Shown in pieces: positions 52,249-64,000 of a stretch of DNA of 64,000 nt; position 1 is the first letter of the stretch, and every line of letters starts with the position of its first letter. The notes under the pieces were generated by a model. That model did no database searches. It was not told the DNA's origin and was given only the letters and a program-made list of their open reading frames with translations. The stretch comes from Macrostomum hystrix. Taxonomy: Eukaryota > Animalia > Platyhelminthes. The stretch covers positions 434,001 to 498,000 of the forward strand of contig CATNEN010000003.1 in the NCBI GenBank assembly GCA_950097015.1, in the 5' to 3' direction. The position numbers and the translations under genes are program-made.

Positions 52249-52531
52249 CTGTAGCCGCATCAGGCTGGCAAGCGCTGGAGCCGCCAATCACAATTCGTCT
52301 GTCGGACAGTCAGTCACGACAGACATTTATTCATCAGGAGTTCAGCAGGTGCGGAGGCAGCCGCGGCAGCAGCTTGGCCGGCAGCGAATCCGGAGGCAAA
52401 AAAATTAGCTCAGGAAAATTCACACCGGCTGGCGACAGGGGCGGTGGCCGCGGTGGTGTCGGTATCGTCGGCGACAACTTCGATCCGACTGGAAATGTTG
52501 TCAGCTGGAGGAGGCGGCACAGCAGACACCG
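52249..52531 (+). CDS. FAM149: Probable 5' exon of FAM149 gene (frame and acceptor ambiguous)
   Basis: GC-rich island between acceptors ctgcag (52248) / ctgtag (52254) and donor CCG|gtaagt (52532). Two open frames each join the next exon, via acceptor 54180 or 54239. Confidence 0.5.
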
Positions 52532-52682
52532 GTAAGTGACCGGCTTGATGACTGCTCGATTACTTGTTGGTGAAAGCCTAGGGTCACACGTGACGACCTC
52601 TCCTAACAGGTGCAAATATTATCTAACAGGTTAAATTCTCAACTACCGGCTTTTATGAAAAAATTATTCTTGATTTCACTTG

Positions 52683-52970
52683 TAATAATCGGGTCAGATG
52701 TGCAGCCGACAGCACAGAGGCAGTTTTAGAGCTGCGAATCTGAAGGCTGCGTACGGCCGTTCAGTCCATGGACTGGGGGGTGGCCGCCACACCCACCCTC
52801 AATTACCACAGCTGATGCTGGAACGCATTTAACAGCTGAATGAACTGGAAGCAATACATAATTAAGTGTCTTGCTAAAGGGCACGTTTTTTAGTTTACTT
52901 TAGAGTCGAGAATCGAACCCTCAACCTTCAAGTCGTGCGTCCGACGCTCTAAACGCTAGGCTACAACCCT
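52683..52970 (-). mobile_element. tRNA-derived SINE family A, full-length copy
   Basis: Colinear with 16593-16870. Confidence 0.85.
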
Positions 52971-54180
52971 TTATAGTGGTTAGCGTTATCTAGCAAATAA
53001 CTTACTATCAAAACAGAAAACGAATTCGATCGATGAGTCTATGGACTCTAATTGACGCTTTGTCTCTAATTAGTGGCTTGTGACTTGTTTCCCCGGACCA
53101 ATAATTTGTCACACTAATAGTCGATCCCATTCTGCCATCCAGTCCGCCAGGCATGCGTAACAACAGTTTTATCTGTTTTATTGAAAAAAAATAGCCAACA
53201 GGCAGGTCCAATGCGCCTGTGAAAACTGTCAATCAAACTAATTTCCAGTTTTTTTAGGAAAAAGAAGTCTGAAAACCCTCACCCACTGTCTCTTTCCTTT
53301 AAATAGGGTGCCCGCGTGGGGAAAACATGAATGGCCTTCCCAATGCTCCATTGTTTTAGCATGTTTAAGCATAGTTTAATCGTGAGCTGTCACTCAAATT
53401 TTCTCCCTAAATAAAGGCATAAATACTTTAACCAAACAAAATTTTTCTTATGATCAGCGAAGGAAAACTGTTGTGAGAAAGTTCACTTCTTAAAAAAACA
53501 GAACTAGCTCTTTAAAGATGAATAATTGAAAGTTACAAAAATTCCCTTTGAAATTTCTGGGCGCATTGGTTGCTAGATAGTGGGAACTTTCTCACAACGC
53601 TAAACCCTTCCCATTAATTCTCCGCACCTGACAGAGGTGTGAAATGCGTTTCCCTCAAATTGACTCAAATTGGGAAGGAGGCGAGAAGCTCCACCTCTCG
53701 CCGTTCGCTTGGCCAACTCTCAGGGCTGCTCAGTCCAAGCTCTGCTCTGTTCCTCTGCCACCCCCAAGTACCTCCCTCTCCCCCGGAGGCCCCTCCCTCC
53801 TGCCTAGCAACCAAAAACAGGCTCCGCTGTCGGTGTGGCCCGCAGCAGTTTTGTGTATTTTTGTTCCGCAGACACTCCCCTCAAGCCACGCCGGCTGGGA
53901 GGGTGGTTGAGCAAGGGATGTGCTCAACTGGAATGTGTAGCAGGAGGAAGGAAGGCAGTGCGAGGGAAGGAATGAGGGATTCAACTAAAAAGTACTTACA
54001 ACAATTCTCTCCCTCTCGACGCCGTTCCGAAATTTTCGTCCCCAATCATGGGGCCAAAAGAAGCGAACTGCGGGATCCAACTAGCTTGCAGCCATTCCGA
54101 ATACATTGCCCCGCAGCTCAAGTAGTAAATTATCATCCTGCATTAAATCACATTTCCCGATTGTCTTCATAACTGTCCAG

Positions 54181-54493
54181 CGGGCACAGACACAACAACG
54201 CCACGTCTTCGTCAATCGTGGCTCCTTCTTCTGCGTCAGGCGCTGTCGATGTCAGCGAAGACGACGGCGCCGCTGATGACGACGATTCAACTCTGTCGCC
54301 ATCGTCAGCAGGGGGCGAGGAAGCGCCCGCGATGCCGGCTGGTGGCATCGGCATCGACCTGGACGTCAACGATGACGTCGGTGAGGACACCGAGGCTGGC
54401 TTCGACGCCGCCGGTTTGGCTGGTGGATTCGAGCTGCAGGCGATGGAGACGGACAGGACGAGCGTCAGCTCCAGTGACGACTGGGGCGACTGC
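54181..54493 (+). CDS. FAM149: FAM149 exon (acidic region ending SVSSSDDWGDC)
   Basis: Acceptor gtccag (54180) or cgtcag (54239); donor TGC|gtgagt; phase 0 to the next exon. Confidence 0.75.
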
Positions 54494-54575
54494 GTGAGTT
54501 GAGAAAGCATCGCAATTTCATTGCCGGGCATTGAAATGTGCGATAATTGGCAGCGTTTCTCTTCTCGCTTTCCAG

Positions 54576-54895
54576 GAATGCGACGTGCTGGCCGCGCAAC
54601 GTGTCAATAGCCTCTTTGAACAGATCGACTGCCTCCTGTACCGGGTGGAGACCCCGGCTGCGCCGCCAAAGAAGACCCAGGAGGAGTGCGCCGAGTGGAG
54701 CGCCGCTTTTCCTCACCTGTTGATCCGCGGCTGCACGCTGACCGGCGCCGCGTCGGAGACGGAGACCGACGCGGGCGTCAGGCTCTACCCCCCGCCGAGG
54801 GAGGCCACGCCGAGAGCCTCCGCTGCTGCTGCTGCTGCTGCTGCTGCCGCTGCTGCCTCTTTTGCGTCTGCATCGGCAGCGAATGGCATAGAGAG
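54576..54895 (+). CDS. FAM149: FAM149 exon encoding DUF3719 core
   Basis: ECDVLAAQRVNSLFEQIDCLLY...TQEECAEWSAAFPHLLIRG matches the FAM149 pattern F(E)xIDxxL(F/Y)...EECxxWxxxFPHLRxxG; ttccag| and AG|gtaagt. Confidence 0.9.
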
Positions 54896-55067
54896 GTAAG
54901 TGACATTATTTTCATACCTTTTCATCTCATCTCTCCCCGTGTCTCATCTCTCCAGTGTCTCATCTCTCCAGTGTCTCATCTCTCCAGTGTCCTATCTATA
55001 TATAGCGTCCTAACTCTACTATTATTTATCTTGTGTTTCATATTTTCTGAGTCCCATCTCTCCCGGT

Positions 55068-55230
55068 TCTAATCTCAGGTGTGTGTACATTTTCACTGTG
55101 CCTTAGAGGTTGGCCCCTCAAGGGCGTAAATTGCACGCAAAGCACCCAAGCCAAATTAATGTGGCCTTGCCGCGGAACCTGAAAACACGCTGGAGTTGAA
55201 TAACTCCGATGCGAGCCATCGTGTCCGGCC
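55068..55230 (-). mobile_element. Partial SINE family B copy
   Basis: tgtgccttagaggttggcccctcaagggcgtaaattgc matches about 16207-16241. Confidence 0.7.
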
Positions 55231-55867
55231 GTTTGTTGCGGCAATAAAAGTGTGGTATTTGCCAGTGCCAAGTTATTTTTAATCCCCGCACAGCAAGAAG
55301 GCCTATGGCCAAAGCCAGTAAGCAGTCCGCAGAGTTTCACTTTCTTCCCTTTGAGCCTGTCTGCGGTGCATCTGTGTGGTTGTCATGGAGACAATCGCTG
55401 TCATTGACATTGAGCTGACAACGGTCCCTTTTATAGCGTGAGTAGGTGTGCTCACACAGTTTACAATTTACAATCCAGTAATTGCAGCTTGTCGATGTGG
55501 GCTGAGAGAGGGGTAATACTGCATGACCTTTGAATACATAGAGAGTAAGAAAGGGAGAGATAAAAGCTGCTTATCTTCAGTGACCGCGCGAATTACAAGA
55601 AGCTGATAAAAACTAAGGTTAAATCGCGTTTTTACTTATTTATTTATGAGGCCCTGCGCTATGCTAAATCGACAATGGTTTGAGTGTCTATTCTAAGCTT
55701 TAAGAGCTCGTAGCAAATCAGTAAACAAGTTTAGCCGCGATTAAATTAGGGAAAGTGAGAAAACCACGATATTTCAGAATCTAACCGTTCAAAAAACGAC
55801 CAAGACAAATACAGTTATTTTGTTCAAAACTAATTTTTAAAGCTCTCGTTTCTACCTCTGCCTTCAG

Positions 55868-57314
55868 CCTCTGTCTGCAGGGTCACCCCGTCGAAATCCT
55901 TCGGCCTCCATCCGGTATCCTGTTCGACGCATCGGAAAGTAGCGTCGGCTACCACCCAGCTGATGACGACGACGATGAAGATGAAGATCAGCTGGCTGCT
56001 CTCGAGGAGGTCCTGGCCGTTGATGGTGTTGTTGAAGAGGCCATCGCAATTGATGATCGACACCTTCAAGTTGTCGATCGTTACACAGATGCCGCAGCAG
56101 CGGCTGATGCCGCAGTAGCCGCTGCAGCAGCCGCCGAAACGCCCTCAGCAGAGCGACCCTCCCGGCGGAGCGGCCTACCGCCGATGACGCCCAGCTTGGC
56201 TGTCCGCGACTCCCTGCAGGCCGCTGCCTTCGATGCTCTCTGGCAGCGCGTCGCCGTTGCACTCCGGCCGCTGTGCCGTGAGCGCTTACGGAGAAGTCGC
56301 CGAAGACGTCCACTGAGTGGCGACGACGACGACGACGACGTAGTGGTCGACGAAGACGAAGACGAGGACGATGTCGAACTGGACGTTGACGTCGATCGTT
56401 CAGTGAATACACCACTGGATCCCAACGCTTCCTCCTTGGCAGCAATCGATCCCAGAGGCCTGAGACCCCGCCTAGCGCCGTCCTCGGCAACGTCGTCAAG
56501 ACCTTCTTCTTCGGCTACAGGTGGACGACGACGACGGCAGGTTGGACCACTGGTCCCACTGAGGGGCACAGGCCTGTCAGAACTGCCGTCAACCCCAGCA
56601 GCTGGAGACGAGGAGCTCTCGCACTACCTCAACATCAAGTCCAAGATGCTGCAGCTTCGCAACGGGCGACGGCCACCTTCGCCGCCGTTGCGCGACATTC
56701 CCGAGTCTCCAGTGCCGCCAGTAGTTCTCTCGACTGCGCAGCCGCCGCGGCAAATGTCATCTGCATCATCGTCGCGACCCCGATCTCGCCTGTCAACCAT
56801 ACCAGGCGACTCGCCTTCCCCACTGCCCGGAGCATCTGCTGCAGCCGCTGCGGCTGCGGCAGCTGCCGTGCGACGCTCGCGCACATCGTCAGTGGAGGAC
56901 GCCCTTGGCCTTCGCATCATTCCGTTGAGGTCGGCGCAGCTGCCGCACTCATCTCAGCACCCTGCGCCGCCTGCTTTCACCCGGTCCGGCACGCTGCCTC
57001 CGCTCATTGACAGTCGACGCCGTAGCGTCCAACGGCCTGGCAGTGGCGGCGTTCGGCCCGGCGCGCACTCGTCGCTCGACCTGCCGACGACCACCTTCAG
57101 GGCGTCGTCTGGTGCGTCAGCGTCCTCCAACTCGACGGTGCGCAGGACAGCGGCGGTGCCGGCCACTCCGCAGCCGCACGCTGGCATCGGTCTCGATGTG
57201 CATGGCCGGGCGCTGATCTCGGCGGCCAACGACCTGATGTACGCGGAGGCGTCGGTCAATTTGAGACGCGGAGCGAGTCCCTTGAGTGAGTCTGTCTCCG
57301 GAAAGCCCTATTGA
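55868..57314 (+). CDS. FAM149: FAM149 terminal exon
   Basis: ccttcag| phase 2; LCLQGHPVE...EEVLAVDGVVEEAIAID...GLPPMTPSLAVRDSLQAAAFDALW (FAM149-type motifs), then a Ser/Pro/Arg-rich tail to TGA 57314. Confidence 0.85.
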
Positions 57315-57859
57315 TTGATTGTGAATTTTCTGCTGCTGTTTCATTTTATAAAAATATGATCCATAAAATATCGATTCCAGACTTTGGATCATCGGCTACC
57401 AATTCCTACCAGCAAATCAGGCGCAGCAAACAGACGAACACGATTCGCAGATGATCAGATTGGTGCACTAACTCGAGCCTATTTTTAGCTCGGAACACTG
57501 CGAGAGATATTATATTCTCATTTATAGTTGCTTTTGATTTTTTCCATATTATAATTTCTAATGCTTGATAACTTTTAGTGTTGAATATTTAGCCTTTGCA
57601 TGCTTTCGTTTATACTCGTGTTCACTTGTACTTTTGATACACGATTGAAATGCTAACTTTTAGGTCTGAATTACAAATTTGTTCTTGCGTTAAATGCGAT
57701 CCAAATTTTGTACAGCGCAACTATCGACCTGTCTGCACTTCCGTTTTCTCGGTGGCATTATTTTTACAGCAGATGGCCGGGACTCATTTTAATTTCTGAC
57801 ACGAATTCAAAGACTATTTGAGAATTCGTCGTGGCCTTCGCAAATTAAGCGAATTAACT

Positions 57860-58062
57860 GGTATAGCCTAGTGGTAAACGCAGCGGAATTCTGATGGAAA
57901 GGTCGGGAGTTCCAATCTCAGCTCAATGAAAAAAAAGTTTCATTTATTGAGCACTTGCCTTGTTTCACCCGGCTGTGTATGGAAATTAAGTAGCGTTAGC
58001 TGTGTAGAAATTCGGGTACCCTGTCCATGGACTTAACATTGCCCCTGGCTGCACAGCTTGCC
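57860..58062 (+). mobile_element. Degenerate SINE family A-like copy
   Basis: gtatagcctagtggtaaacgc head, ggagttccaatc, tcacccggctgt, gtccatggact, ggctgcac. Confidence 0.6.
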
Positions 58063-58064
58063 CT

Positions 58065-59823
58065 AACAGATTTCACCTATTCGCATAGAGACACCAACCT
58101 GTCAGACAGATTTCCCCTGTTTGCATAGAGACACCAACCTGTTAGACAGATTTCCCCTGTTTGCATAGAGACACCAACCTGTCAGACAGATTTCCCCTGT
58201 TTGCATAGAGACACCAACCTGTCAGACAGATTTCCCCTGTTTGCATAGAGACACCAACCTGTTAGACAGATTTCCCCTGTTTGCATAGAGACACCAACCT
58301 GTTAGACAGATTTCCCCTGTTTGCATAGAGACACCAACCTGTTAGACAGATTTCCCCTGTTTGCATAGAGACACCAACCTGTTAGACAGATTTCCCCTGT
58401 TTGCATAGAGACACCAACCTGTTAGACAGATTTCCCCTGTTTGCATAGAGACACCAACCTGTTAGACAGATTTCCCTTGTTTGCATAGAGACACTAACCT
58501 GTTAGACAGATTTCCCCTGTTTGCATAGAGACACCAACCTGTTAGACAGATTTCCCCTGTTTGCATAGAGACACCAACCTGTTAGACAGATTTCCCCTGT
58601 TTGCATAGAGACACCAACCTGTTAGACAGATTTCCCTTGTTTGCATAGAGACACTAACCTGTTAGACAGATTTCCCTTGTTTGCATAGAGACACCAACCT
58701 GTTAGACAGATTTCCCCTGTTTGCATAGAGACACTAACCTGTTAGACAGATTTCCCCTGTTTGCATAGAGACACCAACCTGTTAGACAGATTTCCCCTGT
58801 TTGCATAGAGACACTAACCTGTTAGACAGATTTCCCCTGTTTGCATAGAGACACTAACCTGTTAGACAGATTTCCCCTGTTTGCATAGAGACACCAACCT
58901 GTTAGACAGATTTCCCCTGTTTGCATAGAGACACTAACCTGTTAGACAGATTTCCCCTGTTTGCATAGAGACACGAACCTGTTAGACAGATTTCCCCTGT
59001 TTGCATAGAGACACCAACCTGTCAGACAGATTTCACCTATTCGCATAGAGACACCAACCTGTTAGACAGATTTCCCCTGTTTGCATAGAGACACCAACCT
59101 GTCAGACAGATTTCCCCTGTTTGCATAGAGACACCAACCTGTCAGACAGATTTCACCTATTCGCATAGAGACACCAACCTGTTAGACAGATTTCCCCTGT
59201 TTTCATAGAGACACCAACCTGTCAGACAGATTTCCCCTGTTTGCATAGAGACACCAACCTGTTAGACAGATTTCCCCTGTTTGCATAGAGACACCAACCT
59301 GTTAGACAGATTTCCCCTGTTTGCATAGAGACACCAACCTGTTAGACAGATTTCCCCTGTTTGCATAGAGACACCAACCTGTTAGACAGATTTCCCCTGT
59401 TTGCATAGAGACACCAACCTGTTAGACAGATTTCCCCTGTTTGCATAGAGACACCAACCTGTTAGACAGATTTCCCCTGTTTGCATAGAGACACCAACCT
59501 GTTAGACAGATTTCCCCTGTTTGCATAGAGACACCAACCTGTTAGACAGAGTTCCCCTGTTTGCATAGAGACACGAACCTGTTAGACAGATTTCCCCTGT
59601 TTGCATAGAGACACCAACCTGTTAGACAGATTTCCCCTGTTTGCATAGAGACACGAACCTGTTAGACAGATTTCCCCTGTTTGCATAGAGACACCAACCT
59701 GTTAGACAGATTTCCCCTGTTTGCATAGAGACACCAACCTGTTAGACAGATTTCCCCTGTTTGCATAGAGACACGAACCTGTTAGACAGATTTCCCCTGT
59801 TTGCATAGAGACACCAACCTGTT
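58065..59823. repeat. 40-bp minisatellite (gttagacagatttcccctgtttgcatagagacaccaacct), about 44 copies
   Basis: Direct read; the whole unit repeats with no unique spacers. Confidence 0.97.
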
Positions 59824-61085
59824 AAAGAGGTTTCACCTCTTCGCATATATCAGACTTCAACATATTAGTGCAGATTTCACCTGGTCGCAGAGACACAAAA
59901 CCTGTTAGACAGATTTAAACAGTTCGCTGGGCCACCAGCAACATGTTTCAAAACTTGAAACTAATTTTAAAATATATATGAGCTATCTAGAGCAGTCCTT
60001 CAGGATGCTTACTTCTACCATTCTACCAGACTACCGTATAAACTGTAGTCTATCTGCATTACAGAATGCGAATCAATCATTGTGAAAAAATTTGATTGTC
60101 TTTTAATGCGTGCATCTCAAACAAAATATTTCCTGATGCTCCTATTTTATCAACATTTTCTGATTTTTTTATTTGCTACTTACCTTTCGTATCAGTCTTC
60201 TAAACTTGTAGATATGTTTAAATTTGCTGATAAAAACCTGTACAAAACTTTTAAGTAGCTGTTTGCTTTTGTGATTTTCAGTCAAATCAATTTGGTATAA
60301 TCTCTTTACTAAATTTATACGGTCGAACTTTCGTCACATTTTTGTTCGGTAGTGATTTCGTCAGAATTATATATGCGCGAAGAGGTTACGTTGTTTGTCA
60401 GTTTGGTATCGTTATAATTTTACATTTTGAGGAGTCTTCGAAAGAAAAAGTAAATTAAATATTCTATTTTTATATCTGCACTTATAAAAAGAGAAAGGCG
60501 CGTGCTATATATGAGAAGTACATATATTATTCTGAATTGATTCTGAATTTTATTAACAGCACTGTGTGGTACAAAAATATCGTAAACAATCGTTTTGTCA
60601 GAGGACAAACAAGTCATGATAGGTGCAGTAACCTGAAAATGGAGGATTTCTTAGACTGCTTTAGTACATAAATTAAAACATAAATATGTTGCTACGGTGC
60701 AAGCATTGTCGTTTGTATGCGCTTCAATTCTGTATCCGAATTGAATTTCCATAGTAAGATTTCAACAATACTTGTATATGTATCTTGGAGTGGATCCCCT
60801 GACAATTATTATTTGTGCTGCACCCGAACGGAGCAACGCAAGCACACGTTTGTTTAGTTTTTCTCACGATGATCTTATACAATTCATACATACACATTTC
60901 ATGCTACTTTTTAGAAAAAAGATCAGAGTAAGACATGATCAATGGTGGTATGTTAGTTATAGTTCGTAAAAATATGTAAAAACTGTGCCGTTTTTGGCAA
61001 AAGATAAATAATACGATAAAACATATAATTAGTAAGCAAATTGAGTCTAGCTAAGGATATAATTTTAATACATGTGTACTACGAG

Positions 61086-61155
61086 CATGGGCGTAGAAAC
61101 GACTACAAAGTGGGGGACCATGGCCCACTGTCCCCCCGTAATTTCTACGCCTATG
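61086..61155. mobile_element. 70-bp miniature TIR element (hAT-like)
   Basis: catgggcgtagaaa ... tttctacgcctatg; flanks actacgag / actacgcc (6 of 8 match). Confidence 0.55.
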
Positions 61156-62600
61156 ACTACGCCTACACTAAAAATAGAACTTTACACGATACACCAATAT
61201 ATCTAGAATTTAAAGCATTTTTTAAACCATTTTTCCCGGTCTAATCTCGAAAATCTCGAAATTTCAGACCTCAATTTAAGATTTATAGGACATTTTTACG
61301 AATAACATAAAATGTTTCAAAAGCATGACACTCAAGGACTACTACTCCTAGTTTGAAATACGGACAATTTGTTTTCGTACGAAAAGAGAACTAAAAATGG
61401 GAAAAATATACGTATTACCTAAATTTGGTAACTTTTAGCATGTTTTAGAATATTTTGAACAGGGGTTCTAACAAATAATGTAGTTGTATAACTAGCGCTT
61501 TGTTTTAGCTTTTCAAAATTTGAATTTTCAGTATCGTTTCTTTTAACTGCCGTAAGACTTAAGACTACCGTAACTGATCCCGAATCTAAACAACAATTTA
61601 ACAACCAGAAGGTAAGAAGGACAATGAACGCCTGTAAGCGTATCAGTCAAAAATTTCAGAGACATGCTATTGATATAGTAAGCATATTAGTTCAAGGAAT
61701 CAAGGATTACTAGAAGTACATCTCTTTGTTAATAATTCTGTAAATAGGGGCCTACTGCTAACCAAAATTGTCATTATGAGTGCACTCCACAAAATCAAGC
61801 TCATATCTAACTCGTCAGCTGAATAGATCTAGTTTATACATAATTTATCTCCATAAATATTTTAGTAAAACACTGAGTTTATTATTTTAATTAAAAATGA
61901 GACTCTTGGTCCTACATTTTTGATAGCTAAACTATTTGGGTTTTCTAATTCTCTTAAAACTTCACCAAATGTCTTCTAGTGGGCCAAAACTAGAAGTTAA
62001 TGGCATTTTGTCTGCCGCTTTTCATCTGCCACCTTTTAATTTGTCAATCTATGATTTGTCATTTTATCTGCCAATATGATGGAGTCCATTCATATGCTAA
62101 TGTAGGCATTAGTCAGAATAGCTTATCATATCATCAAGCTTCATATTGAAATGTAATGTAAACATCTTATTATTTATTTTTTGTTATAATGCTAGGATTA
62201 TTCTGAAATTTCCAGAGCAAAGTGTAGGCCTACAAAGCTGGAACCAAACATTTTCCACCATTTAGTCTCTTTCCAACTTGTTTCTTTTGACTTTTTTCAT
62301 AGACCTGTAGTATTGCAAAACTTTGCATGAGTTGTGTAAGTAGGCCTACATAATTTATTTTGTATTGCATGACTGCACAATGTATGAAATATAGAGCAAT
62401 TGCAGTTGTAAACACAGAAAACGTAAAGTAGCTTAAAGTAGGTGAAAGACTAAAAATAGTTTATATGCACAAAGTGTAAAGTAGGGTGTTATTGGAATTG
62501 TTAACACAAATGCAATATAGACACAACTACAAGTAGCTAAAATGTGCAAAATGTAAAATATGGAACAATAGAAAATGTAAACACAGACATTACCTCAAAA

Positions 62601-63203
62601 CAGTGGCGGATCCAGGATTTCTTAAGTGGGGTGGCGGATATGCGAGTACAGAAACTAGAAACTAAGTAATCCCAATCCATCTATCTTTCATCTATGCTCA
62701 ATACAAGATCTTGAGAGGATATATCAATTTTTGCATACATTTTAATGCCTAGAGTGGTGCAAATGACTCTGACACATGAGGGTAGTAGTAGAAGTTGGCT
62801 CGGGTCTCGGGAAGAACTAACCCGTTTTGGCCAATATTGACAATTATATTTAGTGAGTTATCAAGGCTTCATTTAAAAGAAAGTCAATGACAATGTGAGA
62901 AGACCAACACTATAATATTTTAATTTGAAATTTGAATAGAATGTACATGTTGCAGTGAGACGCGAATAAGCAATCGTTTGGTTTGGCTAGAAATAAATAA
63001 AACCGAACCGACAATGTTCCATGGGATGCAATTCCATTCCAAGGAAAAGCAGACAGACCATAGAAGCAATGGAAATATAATGAAGAACTTGGACTTTGTG
63101 GGTTGAGGAGCCCAAAATTAAAATATCTCCCTTCCATGCAAGTCCAGCCACGGCGAAAGTGGGGGGGCGGCCGCCCCCCCGCCCCCCCCTGGATCCGCCA
63201 CTG
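62601..63203. mobile_element. Non-autonomous hAT-type DNA transposon
   Basis: Perfect 16-bp TIR cagtggcggatccagg / cctggatccgccactg and perfect 8-bp TSD cctcaaaa (62593-62600, 63204-63211). Confidence 0.9.
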
Positions 63204-63419
63204 CCTCAAAACATCAAATAATATCTGTTTTGGCAATAATTCATCATGGCACAACAGACACTTTGCCTACACATAGAACAACACACATAGCTAGTCAGCT
63301 TGCATAGTTGGCCCAAGCAGCCTGTAGTGCTGCATTGTGTCTGTTTGACATTGTTGGTGCCTAGAGCAGGAATAGGTGCTAGCTATCAAATTTTGGAGGC
63401 CCAAAATGTGGGCTTGTTA

Positions 63420-63700
63420 GCCAAGACACTGATAAGGGCAAAAACATTTATGTGGACACCCGTGCACTTTTGCATCTATGACATTGGCATTGTTTGTCCT
63501 GTTCATTTGCTAAAAGGCTGATAGTGACTGCACAGACCAAACTGGGTGCAACAGCCATGTCTGGTTGACATAGGTGCACAGCTCCATTAAAGGCTGTGTT
63601 GTAGCTTGTGGTCGCAGTTGTTTAAAAGCTGCCTCCATCTGCCTTGATGGCAGGAAAGGCAGTGCCATCAGTTGGTGGCAAAGCACACACATGACAATGC
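63420..63700 (-). pseudogene. Degraded MULE (Mutator-like) transposase fragment
   Basis: LMALPFLP...LMELCTYVNQTWL...SAF*QMNRTNNA: ALxFLP, YxxxTW and RTNN motifs of the MULE C-terminal region, interrupted by a stop. Confidence 0.65.
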
Positions 63701-64000
63701 TAGCAGCATAGGCTGAGATATGCCAGTAGACAGCTTTGTCTATCATTTTTAAACTTCTCATTACCCTTGAACATTTTTGACATATAAAATTGGTGTATGC
63801 CAGATTTATTTGGTGTGTACCCTCTCTACCAGACTATGGTATTTGGTTAGTGGGTAGTTGTCATGCTATATGACACAATATTTTAGAACAAAAGAGTTGT
63901 ATTTGCTCCTTTTATCTTTTTACCTTTATATTCCATGGCATATTTTTAACTATAAAAATGTAGAAAAATTTGTCTTTGCATCTAATAGCTAATTAAATCT

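Noticed and set aside
58065-59823. CRISPR-like appearance of the 40-bp array
   Set aside because: The entire unit repeats with no unique spacers, there are no cas genes, and the context is eukaryotic.

Overview
Eukaryotic (animal) genomic DNA with GT-AG introns, CAG/GCN-rich exons, tRNA-derived SINEs, MITEs and very dense minisatellites. The overall style resembles a free-living flatworm such as Macrostomum, but that assignment is inference only. Three spliced genes can be reconstructed by hand. (1) The 3' part of a + strand ZASP/ALP-like (ZM-motif) protein gene, about 645-5449. (2) A complete minus-strand TRPC-family cation channel gene with 18 phase-consistent coding exons from 45501 to 7087 (3903 nt, about 1300 aa): ankyrin repeats, a TRP_2 Cys/His motif, 6 TM segments, an LFW pore helix and an EWKFAR TRP box. 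It also has an apparent alternative short 5' start at 22850. (3) A + strand FAM149 (DUF3719) gene, about 52249-57314. Roughly two thirds of 25.9-48.7 kb is made of about 10 unrelated minisatellites; their long ORFs are repeat artefacts. The most unusual signals are: arrays that start right behind 5' splice sites; an intronic array of about 66 tandem copies of the gene's own donor octamer GTGAGTTC; a perfect G-run array 11 nt behind the exon-1 donor; and substitutions at normally conserved TRPC pore and linker positions. All coordinates and translations were derived by eye and may be off by a few bases at repeat edges.
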